Source: Octopus vulgaris (taxonomy: Eukaryota). From it: DNA of 64,000 nt. Position 1 is the stretch's first letter, and each line of letters starts with the position of its first letter. The notes under the pieces were generated by a model that did no database searches, had not been told where the DNA came from, and was given only the letters and a program-made list of their open reading frames with translations. The stretch covers positions 39,308,001 to 39,372,000 of the forward strand of contig OX597817.1 of NCBI GenBank assembly GCA_951406725.2. The letters run 5' to 3'. Made by a program: the position numbers and the translations under genes. Positions 29,367-43,340 of the stretch are shown in pieces.

Positions 29367-31247
29367 GTTTTGAGCCGAGGAGCCGTAACACTGCTGAAGA
29401 AAGATCTAAACAAGGGAAATGTAATAGATAACTTTAGGCCCATCACTCTGCTTAATGCAGACTTGAAAATTTTGGTCAAGGTGCTTGTCATCGAGAAACT
29501 GGTCGACAAGGCGCAAACATGCGCCGTGCCAGGCCGGACCATCCATGACAACCTCCACCTGATGCGCTACATCATAGACAGGGTAGTTAACGAACCTGGC
29601 ATGGGTGGGGCGCTGATCAATTTGGATCAATCGAAAGCCTTCGATAGGGTGGACCATCGATACTTGGAGACGGTCCTCGGAGCGGCTGGCTTCGGTCCCG
29701 TCTTCCGCGACTGGATAGCCGCTTTGTACAGAGGCATCCGTTCGGTAATTCGCGTGAATGGACATCTATCGAGACCCTTCGACATCGCACGTTCGGTCCG
29801 TCAGGGATGCCCCCTCTCGTCGCTTCTATACGTATTGACTCTCGAGCCATTATTGCGGAAGCTGGCAACCTTGAGAGGCATCCCGCGAGAACTGGGATGC
29901 GGGACGAGCGTGTCTGCATACGCGGACGACGTCACCGTCATAGTGTCTAGCCACGAGCACATCGAGTGGGTCGGCGAGACACTGAAAAACTACGAAGCGG
30001 TGACAGGAGCGAAAATCAACCGGGAAAAGTCAGTGGGCTTGCGACTAGGCACCTGGAGAAGCAAGCCCATGCCGTCCACCAGCGCCTCCGTCGTGGGACG
30101 CTGGACCGACGGCCCGGTTGAGTTGCTCGGGGTCTGGTTTGGTCCGGACCTCCAAGTGGAGAAGAACTGGAACGAGATAACGAGTAGGGTGGTCACTCTC
30201 GCCCGGCAATGGGCCGAGAGGAAACTGTCCCTAAAAGGTCGGGCGGAGGTGGCGAACACGTACATCGCGTCCGTCATCTACTACCGCCTGACCGTCGTAC
30301 CTTGTCCCGACCCTACCATCACCAAACTACAACGCATTCTCTTTCGCTTCTTGTGGAAAGGATGCGTCCCGATGGTCAGGCGATCCATTTGCTGTCAACA
30401 CCCGTTAAAAGGAAGGCTGGGCATGCCGTGGTTGATGATGCGCAGACACGCGCTGAGACTGCGACATCTCTGGCTCTATGTAGACGACGGTGAACAGGTG
30501 TGGTCGCCGTTTGTGAGGCACGCTTTCCCGCAGCTCGTCTCCATGACCGAACTGCAGTCGTGGATCAAAAAGAGGCCGAGGAAGGGCGAATGGCACCGCG
30601 AGTGTCGCGTTGCTCTCAAGCAACTCTGCCGTCCTGGGTCGACCTTGAGTGACTTCAACACAACCAAAGCATTCTATAGGGGTTTAGTGGAGGGGAGGTA
30701 CGACGACGAGCTCGGGGCGAACCTGGACGTCGACGAGGAGTACCTGACCCGCCTGTTCAGGACGACTTTCGGGCCAGGGCCCATGGACAACTTCCAGAGA
30801 TCCCTGGCCTGGCAGTGCTACCGAGAAGCGCTACTCGTTCGGGATAAGCTCTACAGACACGGCTCGAGAAACACGGGGCCGACCTGCCCGAGATGCGGTC
30901 AGAACGACGAAACCGTTCTGCACGCACTCGTGCAGTGTCCAACAATTTCCGACCTGTGGGCTTATGTCGAACAACTGCTGTCACGTGTGGGACGAGTCGG
31001 TTTATCAGCTGAGTCTATCGTCAATATTGTCACGCCCCCTTCCTTCAAACGGGAAGGAAGAGCTATTTTCATCATCCTTGTGGCTATGGCGAAAGAATGT
31101 ATCTGGTGGACGCGTCTGAAAGGATTGGAGACAAACACTTTCCTCTCTGGTCAATCTCTCATCAACTTCTTCAAGTACCACTTGAAAAGGAAAGTGAGAG
31201 TAGAGAGGCAAGTTTTGTCTAGCGAATGTTTTAAAAAAGATGGGTGA
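29367..31247 (+). pseudogene. LINE ORF2 remnant: reverse transcriptase plus C-terminal zinc-binding domain (endonuclease missing)
   Basis: Motifs FRPITLLNADLKIL, LDQSKAFDRVDH, RQGCPLS, AYADD, KLSLKGR, GRLGMP and CPRCG..ETVLHALVQC. The first ~86 aa of the called ORF 29109-31247 come from flanking microsatellite. Probable +1 frameshift at the C-terminus. Confidence 0.9.
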
Positions 31248-31683
31248 ATGTAGCAAGAATGGCACGTATGAATGACGAAGCCACCTTGAGCATGATCCTA
31301 TGAACCCAGAAATTGAAAACAGAGAGTTGCATATTCGCAAAAAAAAAAAAAAAAAGAAATATAACATGTGACTCCATTGACCGAGGTTACCGTGGTCTTT
31401 TCCGTAGGCTTTTCTTTCCACGGGTAAACCTCACCTGTCCTCCCCTTTACACTTCATATTGACATTTCTGTGATAACGATCCCTATTGATCAATTTTTTT
31501 TTTCCTCTCCCCCTTTTTTTTTTAACCCCCTTTTTTTTTGTCCTCTTTCTCTCCTTTTACGATCCCTTTTGATCGAAACTCCCCCTTCCTTTTTTTTTTT
31601 TTTTAAACCTTCAAAAGAAAAGCTCTACCTTGTAATTTGTTCTATCTGTGTGCAGCCCTGTGTGGCTAATAAAGAAACAAACA
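29367..31683 (+). mobile_element. 5'-truncated L1/Tx1-clade LINE inserted in (TCTA)n
   Basis: GC-rich block with an RT ORF and a pyrimidine-rich 3' UTR ending GTGTGCAGCCCTGTGTGGCTAATAAAGAAACA; (TCTA)n on both flanks. Confidence 0.92.
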
Positions 31684-31754
<71 letters not shown>

Positions 31755-31766
31755 GTCTGTCTGCCT

Positions 31767-31829
<63 letters not shown>

Positions 31830-31980
31830 CTCAACACCAATTAATTTATAAACATCTAATAAATAGAATAATTATTGTGTATATATGTATATATGCATGT
31901 GCACAGCTCTCCTTTCTTTCTTTCTTTCTTTCTTTTTCTCTGTCTATCTATATCACACACACACGCACATACATGTTCAT

Positions 31981-32011
<31 letters not shown>

Positions 32012-32013
32012 TG

Positions 32014-32079
<66 letters not shown>

Positions 32080-32424
32080 TGCACGCACACGGCATAGCTA
32101 GAGTTTGCATCTCTCCGGGCGGTCCTTAAGTTTGCCCTCTCCACCTCCGAAAAACAATACATTTACATATATAAAGTGCCGCCCCTACAAAATGTTGCCT
32201 GGGGTACACCGCCCTCCTCGCTTCCTTTTCACAACGCGCGCCTATGTTTGTGTAACGGTGTGCGTGCGCATGTCTTCATGCGTTCAAGTGCAGGTGTATC
32301 AAGCATTTTAAGGACTCTAGTGTCATGTCTCATCTCCTATCTTTACAACGCAGACACAGAGACATAGACACACACACATATACACACGTACGCACACATA
32401 AATAGACAGCTCCAAAAGAAACGA

Positions 32425-32492
<68 letters not shown>

Positions 32493-32509
32493 GTTTCTCT
32501 CTCTCTGTT

Positions 32510-32549
<40 letters not shown>

Positions 32550-32769
32550 ACATACACACACATATAAATATACATGATAGAAAGAGAGCTATACAGGAGA
32601 GAATATATTATATATACACCGCAGACATGTATGTATGTATGTATGTATGTATGTATGTATGTATGTATGTATGTATGTATGTATGTATGTATGTATGTAT
32701 GTATGTGTGTGTATGTATGTATGTATGTATGTATGTGTGTATGTATGTATGTATGTATGTATGTATGCA

Positions 32770-32800
<31 letters not shown>

Positions 32801-32852
32801 ATGTATGTGTGTGTGTATGTATGTATGTATGTATGTATCTGGAGATAGATAG

Positions 32853-32997
32853 ATTTCTTTATTGGCCACGCAGGGCTAAACACAGAGGGACAAAACACAA
32901 AATAGAGCTTTTCTTTTAGGGAAGAAAAAAATGGGGAAAAGAAGAAGAAAAAAGTAAAAAAGGGGCGAATTCCAATCAAAAGGGATCGTGAAAAGAA
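32853..32997 (-). mobile_element. Short 3'-end copy of the Tx1-like LINE in (TCTA)n
   Basis: Minus strand CGATCCCTTTTGAT..AAAAGAAAAGCTCTA..GTGTTTAGCCCTGCGTGGCCAATAAAGAAATCTATCTATC matches 31560-31683. Confidence 0.85.
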
Positions 32998-33032
32998 GAT
33001 AGATAGATATAGAGACAGACAGACAGACAGAC

Positions 33033-33112
<80 letters not shown>

Positions 33113-36100
33113 GAGTGGGTAAGGAGAGACAGAGAGAGAGAAAGAGAGGCAGAGAGAGGGAGATAGATTGAGAGAGAACTGGTTGATGTGAGCAGGGACG
33201 TAAGGCTGGAATTATTTAGGGAGGGAGGTGGTTCGTGTAATAAGTAGCAGGTGGAAGGGCTGGTGGTAGGTTGTGTGAGTTCACCAAAGTAATATATACT
33301 TAATCTAATCAACGGTGTCCTTTTCCTTATTATCTCCACCATAACAGCTACTACCGTCGTTGTCCTCGTCGACTTCATCAGCATCATCACCATACTCTTC
33401 TTCATCATCGCTGTACTCATCACTGCCACCAACACCATTACTATTACCATCTTTATCTTTATCTCCTCCTCCTCCTCTCCCGCCTCTTCCTCCCCTCACC
33501 GCCTCTTCCTCTCCTCCCCACCTCTTCCTCCTCCCCGCCTCTTCCTCCATACCCCTCCTCTTCCACACACCCTCCTCTTCCACACTCTCCTCCTCCACAC
33601 ACCCTCCTCACCGCCTTCTCTTCTTCCTTCTCCTCCTTTTTCTCGCCACTAGTATCATTACCAGCTCATCATTACCACCTCTCTCTCCCTCCTCATTTTT
33701 CCCACTCTCCGCCTTGTCACCAATGGATTCTGATTTAGGCACAAGGCCAGCGCCTTTTAACGGAATGGGGTTTGTCTCTATACCATCAATTCAATTTCTT
33801 AGACTCCCACTTTATTTTATCGATACTAGAAGGCTGAAAAGCAAAGTTAGCTGATCATGGCAGGATTCGAACTCAATATATAAGTAATCGCAAGACATTT
33901 TCTCGACATTCTAAGAATCCTACCAGCCTACCACCATTATCACCTCCTCCACCAATAGCAACCACCATTACACTATCGCCATCACAACCAAAGTTCTTGT
34001 CAAGGATGTTTCTAGTCAGGTCATCATGACTTCATAACTGAATAACCTTCATGCAGGTCTGTCTTAACAGCATCATAAGATCCTGAGTAAATCAATGCAC
34101 TAGGCCCTCATAGTAAGCCATAGTAAGTCATAGCAAACCGTAGCATACATAGATCAAAAGTTTGCCTCTAGACACGTAAGGCCCCCGGGCAATTGCCCAA
34201 TGTACCTATACCTTAGGACTGCACTGCTTCCATATACCATATACCATTAAATCTCTCCAGACAATTTTATCTATTTACATATGAAAATCTTTTTATTTGG
34301 GCACTTCAGGTGATAAATCGGGCCATTGTATTATAAGGGTAGAATATTCTAAGACGCATTTATTTCGTACTGTTCTCGTGTATCTTCATCAATCGGTGGT
34401 CCTTTGGCTACAGGAGACAAGCTAAACAATTGTCGTGCCAACGACGGCTATTGAGTCAGAAACACGTATTTACGACTTTTCTCTTATTCCCAGACCCTAA
34501 GCGTGTCCTTTTCATTTATGACATGTCAATTTTGGAGAAATCCTTGATTGCTGAGATTATCTCCATTTCTTACATAGAGCTATTCTCTGTCACTATTTGG
34601 TAATTATGATGCATGCCCTCGAGGCGGAGATAATTTTTAATAACTCAAGAATTTGTATGGTATTTGATATGACTGCATTTGTCTATATTGTTCATATATA
34701 TGCCACAGCCCACCCTGAGTTATTTCTCTTAGCTCATTTTTGTTGAAATCAATTATATTGATTCTATTAATTCTTTTGAGCTTTGATATCTAATAGCATA
34801 ACGCTTTATGTGTGAGCTAAGTGAGTACATTTGATGTTCTACGTAAAATTACGTGATTGGTAGTTATTTTATCGATCCATATATGATGAAAGGTTAATAA
34901 ATTCATCGGTTCGACTCGATTTTAGTATATTTCCGACTGCGAGATCTTTTTCTCTTCTTTCAGTTTTTATTACAAAAATATTCTTTATCACCAATCAGAT
35001 TATGCTGTGATGTCTGCTCAAGGTTGCGTCGTCTAGTGACAACAGAATAATATTCGGTAACTTAAAAACAAGTAGTTATTTCTACTGCCCAAATTTTGGT
35101 TATAAATAGTCTTGAATATCTGAAGTCATTTGGATAAAGAAAAAAAATCTCGCCAACGAATTGGTAGAGACGTTAGCGAACTGGATAGTGTGCGTCGCGA
35201 TATTTGTTCCGACTCTAATGCTCCTGGAGTTCAAATGTCAATCTTGATTTTATCTCTTTCAGAGTTGATAAGAAAAAGTACTAATCAAAGGTGGTGGATT
35301 GGCGGAAGTTTAAGAAAATTGAACCGAATGCCCTGCGATATTTTACTAGATTTTAGAATTCTGAATTAAAATTCCGCTACTGCCTACTTAGGCGGTAGAC
35401 TTAATCAGTCATCCGGTTTAGCACCACAACCACGCACACAGGATACTTTTAGCGATCCCACTCTATTGCAAACATTTGAGCCAGGTATCTGGTTTGACGA
35501 TAATTTCCTCACACCAGCCTTGGGAGACTCTGCCTTCACTCATATGTAACAAATAAAAACAACAAGAAGCTCTTGAGAACTTGTCATAGTAATAGGTTAT
35601 TGGTCCGAAAATCTATCTAAACCGCGTAATATACGAAAAAAGCAGACAAATAAAATGGCTGCGTGAAAAGTTCAGTTAGCAGGGGATAAATTGGAGATGT
35701 TAGTGACAACGAAAGAGAATTACCATTGATGGTAACACACAAGTTAACTTAGACCAACGATTAAGTGCCTTTTTTTTATAGTAACTCATCATGGTTATTC
35801 TCAATCTTCTCATCTAGTTGGCATTTTGTGTTAAAAGACAACATTATTTGATGTTTGAGTCGATCGAATGACGGATTAAATATAATAAAATAGGGTCTTG
35901 GGAAACTAATGGTGAGTGAGTATGTCCGTGTCAGTAGTGTTGTTAACCGAGTTAGGTCATCTGCTGATATACGTAAAAATATCATTGAACCATCAAGTAT
36001 CGCAAATACTTAATGAATACGAAAAGCTGTTTTCATTGATATGTGTGACTATGGGACAATTGACTGATTCGCAGATATTCATACACAACTTTATCTAACA

Positions 36101-36977
36101 CTTACAATATAGAATTGAGTTTTTTTGTACTACGGCCTTTATTTTTGTATACTGTGACTGTCCCCCTAGCAAAATGCCATGACTGACACAGCTCTAAATG
36201 ATGCTCTTGGCAAAAAGTGAATATAAACGATTCAATAGTGGATTTAAAATGTTTTGCCTTGAGAACTTTTTGTTGGAGACTGATGTTTTCTGTTGGTAGC
36301 GAATGAATCAATTGAGGAGTAGTGGGAGGAATAGGAAAGAGGAAATACTGAAGAATAAGGAAAGAGTTGGGGAGGAAACAAATAATGTTTTTATTGTTTG
36401 AGTAGAGTTATGCTCAAAGGTGTTCCAGCTTTGACCGTCGAACTTTTTCCACGCAAACTGTAACTATGATACTTTTAGAAGTCTGGGAGTAATTTGAGAG
36501 GAGTCTGGCTACTATTTCAAGCAAGTTGTGCGGCTGTGTTGAGGCTGCCTCGTAAGGGTTACCAATTTAATGATTTTCGCTCTAAATTTAGTACTTTTTT
36601 GTTACTATTATCAGCGCAAAAATCCATTTAGTTAGGCGTCCACGTAATTTTTTGTACATTTTATTATAATTTAGAGTTAAGTTAGTACTTTTCCGTTAAA
36701 ATGAAATCAGATTTTAGCTCGGAATTTTCTGTCCAAAATTCAGGCCGGATGCCATTCCGTGCACGCAGATGTATGCCTTTATGAGACACGAACTATGATG
36801 CAAATTTCTACATTTCTACAGGAAATTTGGCCAAAAATCGGAAAAGAAGAAATATTTGGAAATCGTATAAATTCGAAATATTCATTGAACGAATATCACT
36901 AAATGTAGTAACAATTCATTTTTATAAACAGTTTTTTTCCAAATACTTTTAACTTAAAAAAAAAAAAATTATATATA

Positions 36978-37142
36978 GGCATAGGAGTGGCTGTGTGGTA
37001 AGCAGCTTGCTTACCAACAACATGGTTCCGGGTTCAGTCCCACTGCATGGCACCTTGGGCAAGTGTCTTCTACTATAGCCTCGGGCCGTCCAAAGCCTTG
37101 TGAGTGGATTTGGTAGGCAGAAACTGAAAGAAGCCCGTCGTG

Positions 37143-37199
<57 letters not shown>

Positions 37200-37378
37200 A
37201 TGTGTTTGTTCCCCCAACATCGCTTGACAACCGATGCTGGTGTGTTTACGTCTCCGTAACTTAGCGGTTCGGCAAAAGAGACCGATAGAATAAGTCGTGG
37301 GGTCGATTTGCTCGACTAAAGGCGGTGCTCCAGCATGGCCACAGTCAAATAACTAAAACAAGTAAAAGAGTAAAAGAG
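36978..37378 (+). mobile_element. SINE family C
   Basis: Homologous to 2037-2447. Confidence 0.88.
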
Positions 37379-37474
37379 AATACAAACTTAAAAGCCGCGC
37401 TCCACACGGACTCCAAAGCTTCCTCTTGCAGTGGGGTACTTGCGCCTTCGACCCATAAAACTAAGGGTCTAGAT

Positions 37475-37730
37475 CAGTGGTTCTCAACCGGGGTCCACAT
37501 GACTCTTGGGGGCCCATAAAAGGTTTTGTTGTTAAAATTTATGTGCAATTAATTGGTTATACTTCAATAACACACAAAATATTTTAACGATTTTTTAAAA
37601 ACAATTTCTGATAATTTTTAATTCTAAAAATATAATAGGATCTTTTAAATATCGAATTCTACGGGGGCCCAGTAGAATAAAAGAATTAAAGGGGTCCATA
37701 TGCAAAAAAAAAAAAGGTTGAGAACCTCTG
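37475..37730. mobile_element. hAT-Charlie-type MITE
   Basis: TIRs CAGTGGTTCTCAACC / GGTTGAGAACCTCTG; 8-bp TSD GTCTAGAT/ATCTAGAA (NTCTAGAN preference of Charlie elements). Confidence 0.88.
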
Positions 37731-37839
37731 ATCTAGAATAATAAAAACGAATTTTAATGAGTAAGCATATGGCCCCCCCCCCCCCCCACTAAATTATTGA
37801 TCTTCGGCATCTCATTGATTCACACTGTTCAATAATTAT

Positions 37840-39023
37840 TATGATAGGAAAGGAGCTAAATGAAGATGGTTCTATGTAGGGTTATTTAGATCCAAAGCTA
37901 TATCTTGCATATTGATTTGAGAAAATCTCAATGTAAATTTACTGACCAAGAAAATAAAATAAGAGGCCGATGCACAAAATTTGTTGAGGAAGCTTTGGAG
38001 CAAATTAAACAGCTTCTTCTAGAGAATTCTCGTCTTTTACTATCAATGAGTTTTGTCAGTGTAACAGAATGTCTTAAAACAAGAAGAACTGGAATTATAG
38101 ACCATGTAAAGCATTTTAATTAAGATTCAGAGATTCTGACTAAATTTGATATTCATTAAAAAATTTTTTTAATGTACAGTGGACACAGGTTTCAGACACA
38201 GTTTCTTTCTGGACTGAAGTATCATTGTAAAGGGAGTCGATTGGGAAAATCAATTTGAACATTTGTCTAATAGCTCTAATACTTCTCATTTTACCACATG
38301 CAAATGCTGATAGTGGTTTCGATTCCCAGACCGGGCGTTGTGTGTATTTATTGAGCGTAAACACCTAAAGCGGGTGGTGGTGACCCCTGTTGTACTCTTT
38401 CGCCCCAACTTTCTCTCACTCTTTCTTCCTGTTTCTTGAGTAACACTGCGATGGACTGGCGTCCCGTCCAGCTGGGGAGAACACATATGCTATAAAAACC
38501 GGGAAACCGGGCCCATGAGCCTGGCTAGGCTTGAAAAGGGCGCATAAATAAATAAAATAACTTCTCATTTTACCACATGCAAATGCTGATATGGAGACTG
38601 TATTTAGCCACATGAATTTTATGAAATCAAATGAGCATCGAAACATTAAGAAGAGACATTTGAACATCAAATATGGACTTAAACGAAGTGGTAAATGTTG
38701 CTATGATTATAAACTTTCCAACGAACCATTAAAGAAAATTAAATCATGTGAAACTGCAGCTTCCACTTCAAAAGAAATTGATCGAGAAATCTTCGAAAAT
38801 ATTATGGAGTAAAAATGAAAGTAATTATATAAATTTCATTTTAATTTAATTAGAATAGAAATTTTTAATATAAATCTTCTGATACTTTCCACTGTGTATG
38901 TGATTTTCTTTTTACATAGGTGCTGTTTTTTTTGGTACTTTTTACTTTATTTAGGTCTTTAAAAAGGGCCCTTTAACTATAGAAATACGGCATTTTTAAA
39001 ATAAAAAAAAAATGGCATCCCTG
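37840..39023 (+). pseudogene. hAT transposase 3' relic with right terminus, interrupted by a SINE
   Basis: LILPHANADMETVFSHMNFMKS matches the hAT dimerisation motif (LPHSNADxERxFSxMNxxK); terminus TGGCATCCCTG (reverse complement CAGGGATGCCA) at about 39013-39023. Confidence 0.7.
38313..38559 (+). mobile_element. 5'-truncated SINE family R with 32-bp TSD
   Basis: ACTTCTCATTTTACCACATGCAAATGCTGATA at 38281-38312 and 38560-38591. Confidence 0.88.
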
Positions 39024-39653
39024 TTTACCGTTCTTTAGAAGAGAGAGATAAAGATTTCACAGGGTGAAAGACATAGTAGTAGCAATGATAGTGGTGGTAA
39101 TAGAAGTAGCTGTAGTAGTGGTAGTGATAGAGGATAGTAGTAGTAGTATTGGTGTGGGTATGGAGATGGTGATAGTGGATAGTAATAATAATGGTAGTGG
39201 TGGTGTGGTACTGAAAGTAGTAGTAGCAGTGATGGTAGTATTGGTGAGTGATGCTGGTGATGATAGTTGTTGCCTACATTACGCAATATGTTCATTATTA
39301 TATTTTAAAATCTGTGTGGTATGATCTGAGAGAGATTTGGTTACTATTTCTAGGAGACCGAGTAACTACGTAAGGACTCCCATGTGGGTGATAATGGCAG
39401 TGGTAATGGTGACGATGATAGGAAAGACTACGTCAATTAACGCTTGGAATATGTGAAATACCAGTCTGTTTCCGATCTATTAAGAAAAGACAGCTTTGAC
39501 ATTTCTAAGACCACCAATCAAGATCAGCCATTCCTCTGGAATGAAAATATAAGAACTTCAAACATGTCGGTACATGTGTGTTAACTGAATGTTATCCTGC
39601 ACAATGTAAATGCAACGGCGAGGATTATTTCTGAAGGTATTATCTTCAAACAG

Positions 39654-39820
39654 AGGCGCAGGCATGGCTGTGTGGTAAGAAGTTTGCTTCCCAACCACAT
39701 GGTTCCGGGTTCAGTCCCACTGCGTGACATCTTGGGGAAGTGCCTTCTATTATAGCCTCGGGCCAACCAAAACCTTGATAGTGGATTTGGTAGACGGAAA
39801 CTGAAAGAAGCCCTTCGTAT

Positions 39821-39867
<47 letters not shown>

Positions 39868-40331
39868 AATATATATATATATAATACAGTGTACATTTAA
39901 ACACATTAAGAGGTACCCATCATAGATCTCCCTTACGCTAGAAGGAACAGTTCAAACCACTAATTAGGGATAAAATCTCGAAGGGAATAAAAAATAAAAA
40001 CATTTGCCATCTATCTCCTGGACCATGGTTTCAGACTTTTTTTAGCAAATAGAATAATTTTATTACTCTGATATTATTAATTATTATAAAAAATAAATGC
40101 GCCCTTTTAAAGCCTAGCCAGGCTCATGGGCCAGGTTTCCGGTTTCAATGGCGTATGTGTTCCCCAGTCCATCACAGTGTTACTCATTTTTGCCAGCTGA
40201 GTGGACTGGAGCAACGTGAAATGAAGTGTTTTGCTCAAGTGTTTCGCCCGGTCCAGGAATCGAAACCACAATGCATATTATTAATCACACACACACACAC
40301 ACACACACACACATCCACACCCACACGCACG

Positions 40332-40377
<46 letters not shown>

Positions 40378-40790
40378 AATGTGTGTCTGTGTTTGGCCTC
40401 CATCACCGCTTAATAACCAGTGTTGATGTGTTTAGTAGTAATAGTAGTAGTAATAGTCGTAGTCGTAATAGCTGTTGATCGGCAGTAGACCGATAGAATA
40501 AGAATCAGGTTTAAGAAGAAAACAAGTACTAAGATGGTTTCGTTCATTTCATTCAACTAAAAATTCTTCAAGGCGGTGCCCCAGCATGATCGCTGTGTAA
40601 TGACTGAAACAAGTCAAAAATAAAAGATTATAAGTGCAGACATAACTGTGTGGTTTAGAAGTTCGCGCTGCAACTCCGTGATTTCGGGTTCAGGCCCACT
40701 ACGCTGTCTCTTGCGTTTCATTTTAGTTTCGGACCCACTTATGAATTGTGAGTGAATTTGGTAGACAGAAACTGTGTGGAAGCCCGTCGT
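39654..40790 (+). mobile_element. Cluster of SINE family C halves plus a minus-strand SINE fragment (about 40098-40270)
   Basis: 5' half 39654-39817, 3' half about 40380-40628, another 5' half about 40633-40790. Confidence 0.7.
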
Positions 40791-40897
40791 GAATATTGAA
40801 GAACGCAGCGGTGTGAAACGTGAATCACGAGACAAACTCTGTTTCCCATTCTCTACAGCTTTATTGAACATTCTCATTCGTCCGACATAAGTCAACG

Positions 40898-40976
<79 letters not shown>

Positions 40977-41093
40977 ATATCTATGTCTGTCCGTCTGTCT
41001 GTCTATCTATCTGTCTGTCTGTCTGTCTGTCTGTCAGTCCGTCTTTCTGTCTGTCTGTCTGTCCGCCCGCCTGCCCGCCCGCCCGTCCGTTCC

Positions 41094-41126
<33 letters not shown>

Positions 41127-41175
41127 GTCTGCCTGCCCGTCCGTCTATCTATCTATCTATCCATCCATCCATCAA

Positions 41176-41227
<52 letters not shown>

Positions 41228-41271
41228 AAAAGCATTTATTGATGATGCACACATATATGCTCTCTCTCTCT

Positions 41272-41453
41272 CTTTTACTTGTTTCAGTCATTTGAATGCG
41301 GCCAAACTGGAACACCGCCTTTAGTCGAGCAAATCAACCCCAGGACTTATTCTCTGGAAGCCCAGTACTTATTCTATCGGCCTCTTTTGCCGAACCGTTG
41401 AGTTACGAGGATGTAAACACACCACCGTCGGTTGTCAAGCGATGTTGGGGGGA

Positions 41454-41500
<47 letters not shown>

Positions 41501-41712
41501 GTATACATATATACGACGGGCTTCTTTCAGTTTCCGTCTACCAAATCCACTCACAAGGCTTTGGTCGGCACGAGGCTATAGTAGAAGACATTTGCCTAAG
41601 GTGCCACGCATTGGGAATGAACCTGGAACCATGTGGTTGGTAAGCAAGCTACTTTATTTCATAAATATTTGCCAGTAAGCAAGCTACTTACCACACAGCC
41701 ACTCCTGCACCT
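41272..41712 (-). mobile_element. SINE family C
   Basis: Full-length reverse copy. Confidence 0.88.
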
Positions 41713-42747
41713 ATATATAGGCACATGAACAGATGTTCATGTTCTAAAGTAACCGCCCACAATGTCTTGATCTTCAAATAATGATTCAAGTTGAGTCCAA
41801 TAACTTTAAGGAAACATTCATCATTTCTGTTGTACTCCGGCTATTGACAATGGAAAAGTGTATTTCCCTCTCGTGTTTCCTGTCTACCGATTAATAAGCT
41901 GAGCGATAGACAGCCAAATATATTTGCCGAGGGACAAAACTAAATGTTGATGACGTAATACTAGTTATAGATCGTGTAATTTCATGTTGATTTGTTTCAC
42001 TGCTATTACCTTATGTGGAATGGTACGCCTCTTTCTAGACAGCAGTTTTGGAAGAGAAGCAATCTATCCGATCGATTAACCTTACACTATCATAGCAAAT
42101 GAGAGAGAATTAAGCAAATGAGAGAGAAGTCCTTAGTGATTGCTTGAAATATTAGAAAACAGCAAAATCCCTCTCACAAATTACATTCTATTGTCTTAAT
42201 AAAATAAAGGACACATTTGATTATGTAGTTCTTTTGTCAGGATAAAAGGTGGAATGGTCATAGTTGGGAGCCTTATGGTCCTAGGCCTGTTCTCTTCGTG
42301 CTAAGAGTTAAACGATTACAGCAGCTGCATTGCTCTAATGAAGACCTTCAGCCTCTAGTTGTAGCACTCCTTTCTCTGCCTCTGCAACACTATATATAAC
42401 TATAGCACTTTATAGTAAGATTTTTGCTCGTATACTTTATTAAAATATTTTGCCTTACTACATCAAGTTTACTAACATCTACTTTATTAGCTAAGTTTGC
42501 ATGCAACAGCAGCACTAGATTTCGCTAGACATACTTTTAAATTACTGCGTTACGCAGTGACCATTCTTCAAACTCATATATTTCTCTAATCCTCTAAAAT
42601 CTGGAGTTGTGTTTAAAATATAATTCGCTGATGAAGTTTAACAAGGCTGGAACATTCCCGCAGTTGTTATGGCACTGCTAAAAATCAGTCTCACTTCCCA
42701 CTGATTTTCATATCTAATTGATTTTAATCAATTTTTAATCAATTTTT

Positions 42748-43089
42748 AATCGAGCAAATCGACCCCAGGACTTATTCTTTGTAAGCCTAGTACTTATTCT
42801 ATCGGTCGCTTAGGCCGAACCGCTAAGTTACGGAGACGTAAACATACCAGCATCGATTGTCAAGTGATGTTGGGGGGTAAACACAGACACACAAACATAT
42901 ACACACACACGCATATATATATATACATATATACGATGGGCTTCTTTCAGTTTCCGTCAACCAAATCCACTCACAAGGCTTTGGTCGGCCCGAGTCTATA
43001 GTAGAAGACACTTGCCCAAGGTGCCATGCAGTGGGACTGAACCCGGAACCATGTGGTTGGTAAGCAAGATACTTACTACACAGCCACTG
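42748..43089 (-). mobile_element. SINE family C, 3'-truncated
   Basis: Reverse copy. Confidence 0.85.
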
Positions 43090-43340
43090 TAATTTTGATT
43101 TATAAACTGTCTTGACTTACCTCCATCTAGTATGCTAGCGTCATCTTGACTGCTTAATTTTCATGCAACAATTATTCCTGCATCTCCTCGCCCCATTCTC
43201 ACCAGTCATCCATATCTTTACTACTGTTCAAATGCAGTTTGTGTTATTGCTGTATTTTTGATATCTGAAATAATTCTGTAAGCTACATGTAGAAGCAAAG
43301 CTATATAGTAACATCTTACTTCCATTTTCGAGACATCGAC

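Noticed and set aside
33305-33854. Acidic or Ser/Pro-rich ORFs (also near 39064 and 58734)
   Set aside because: Low-complexity trinucleotide-like tracts with no splice or domain evidence.
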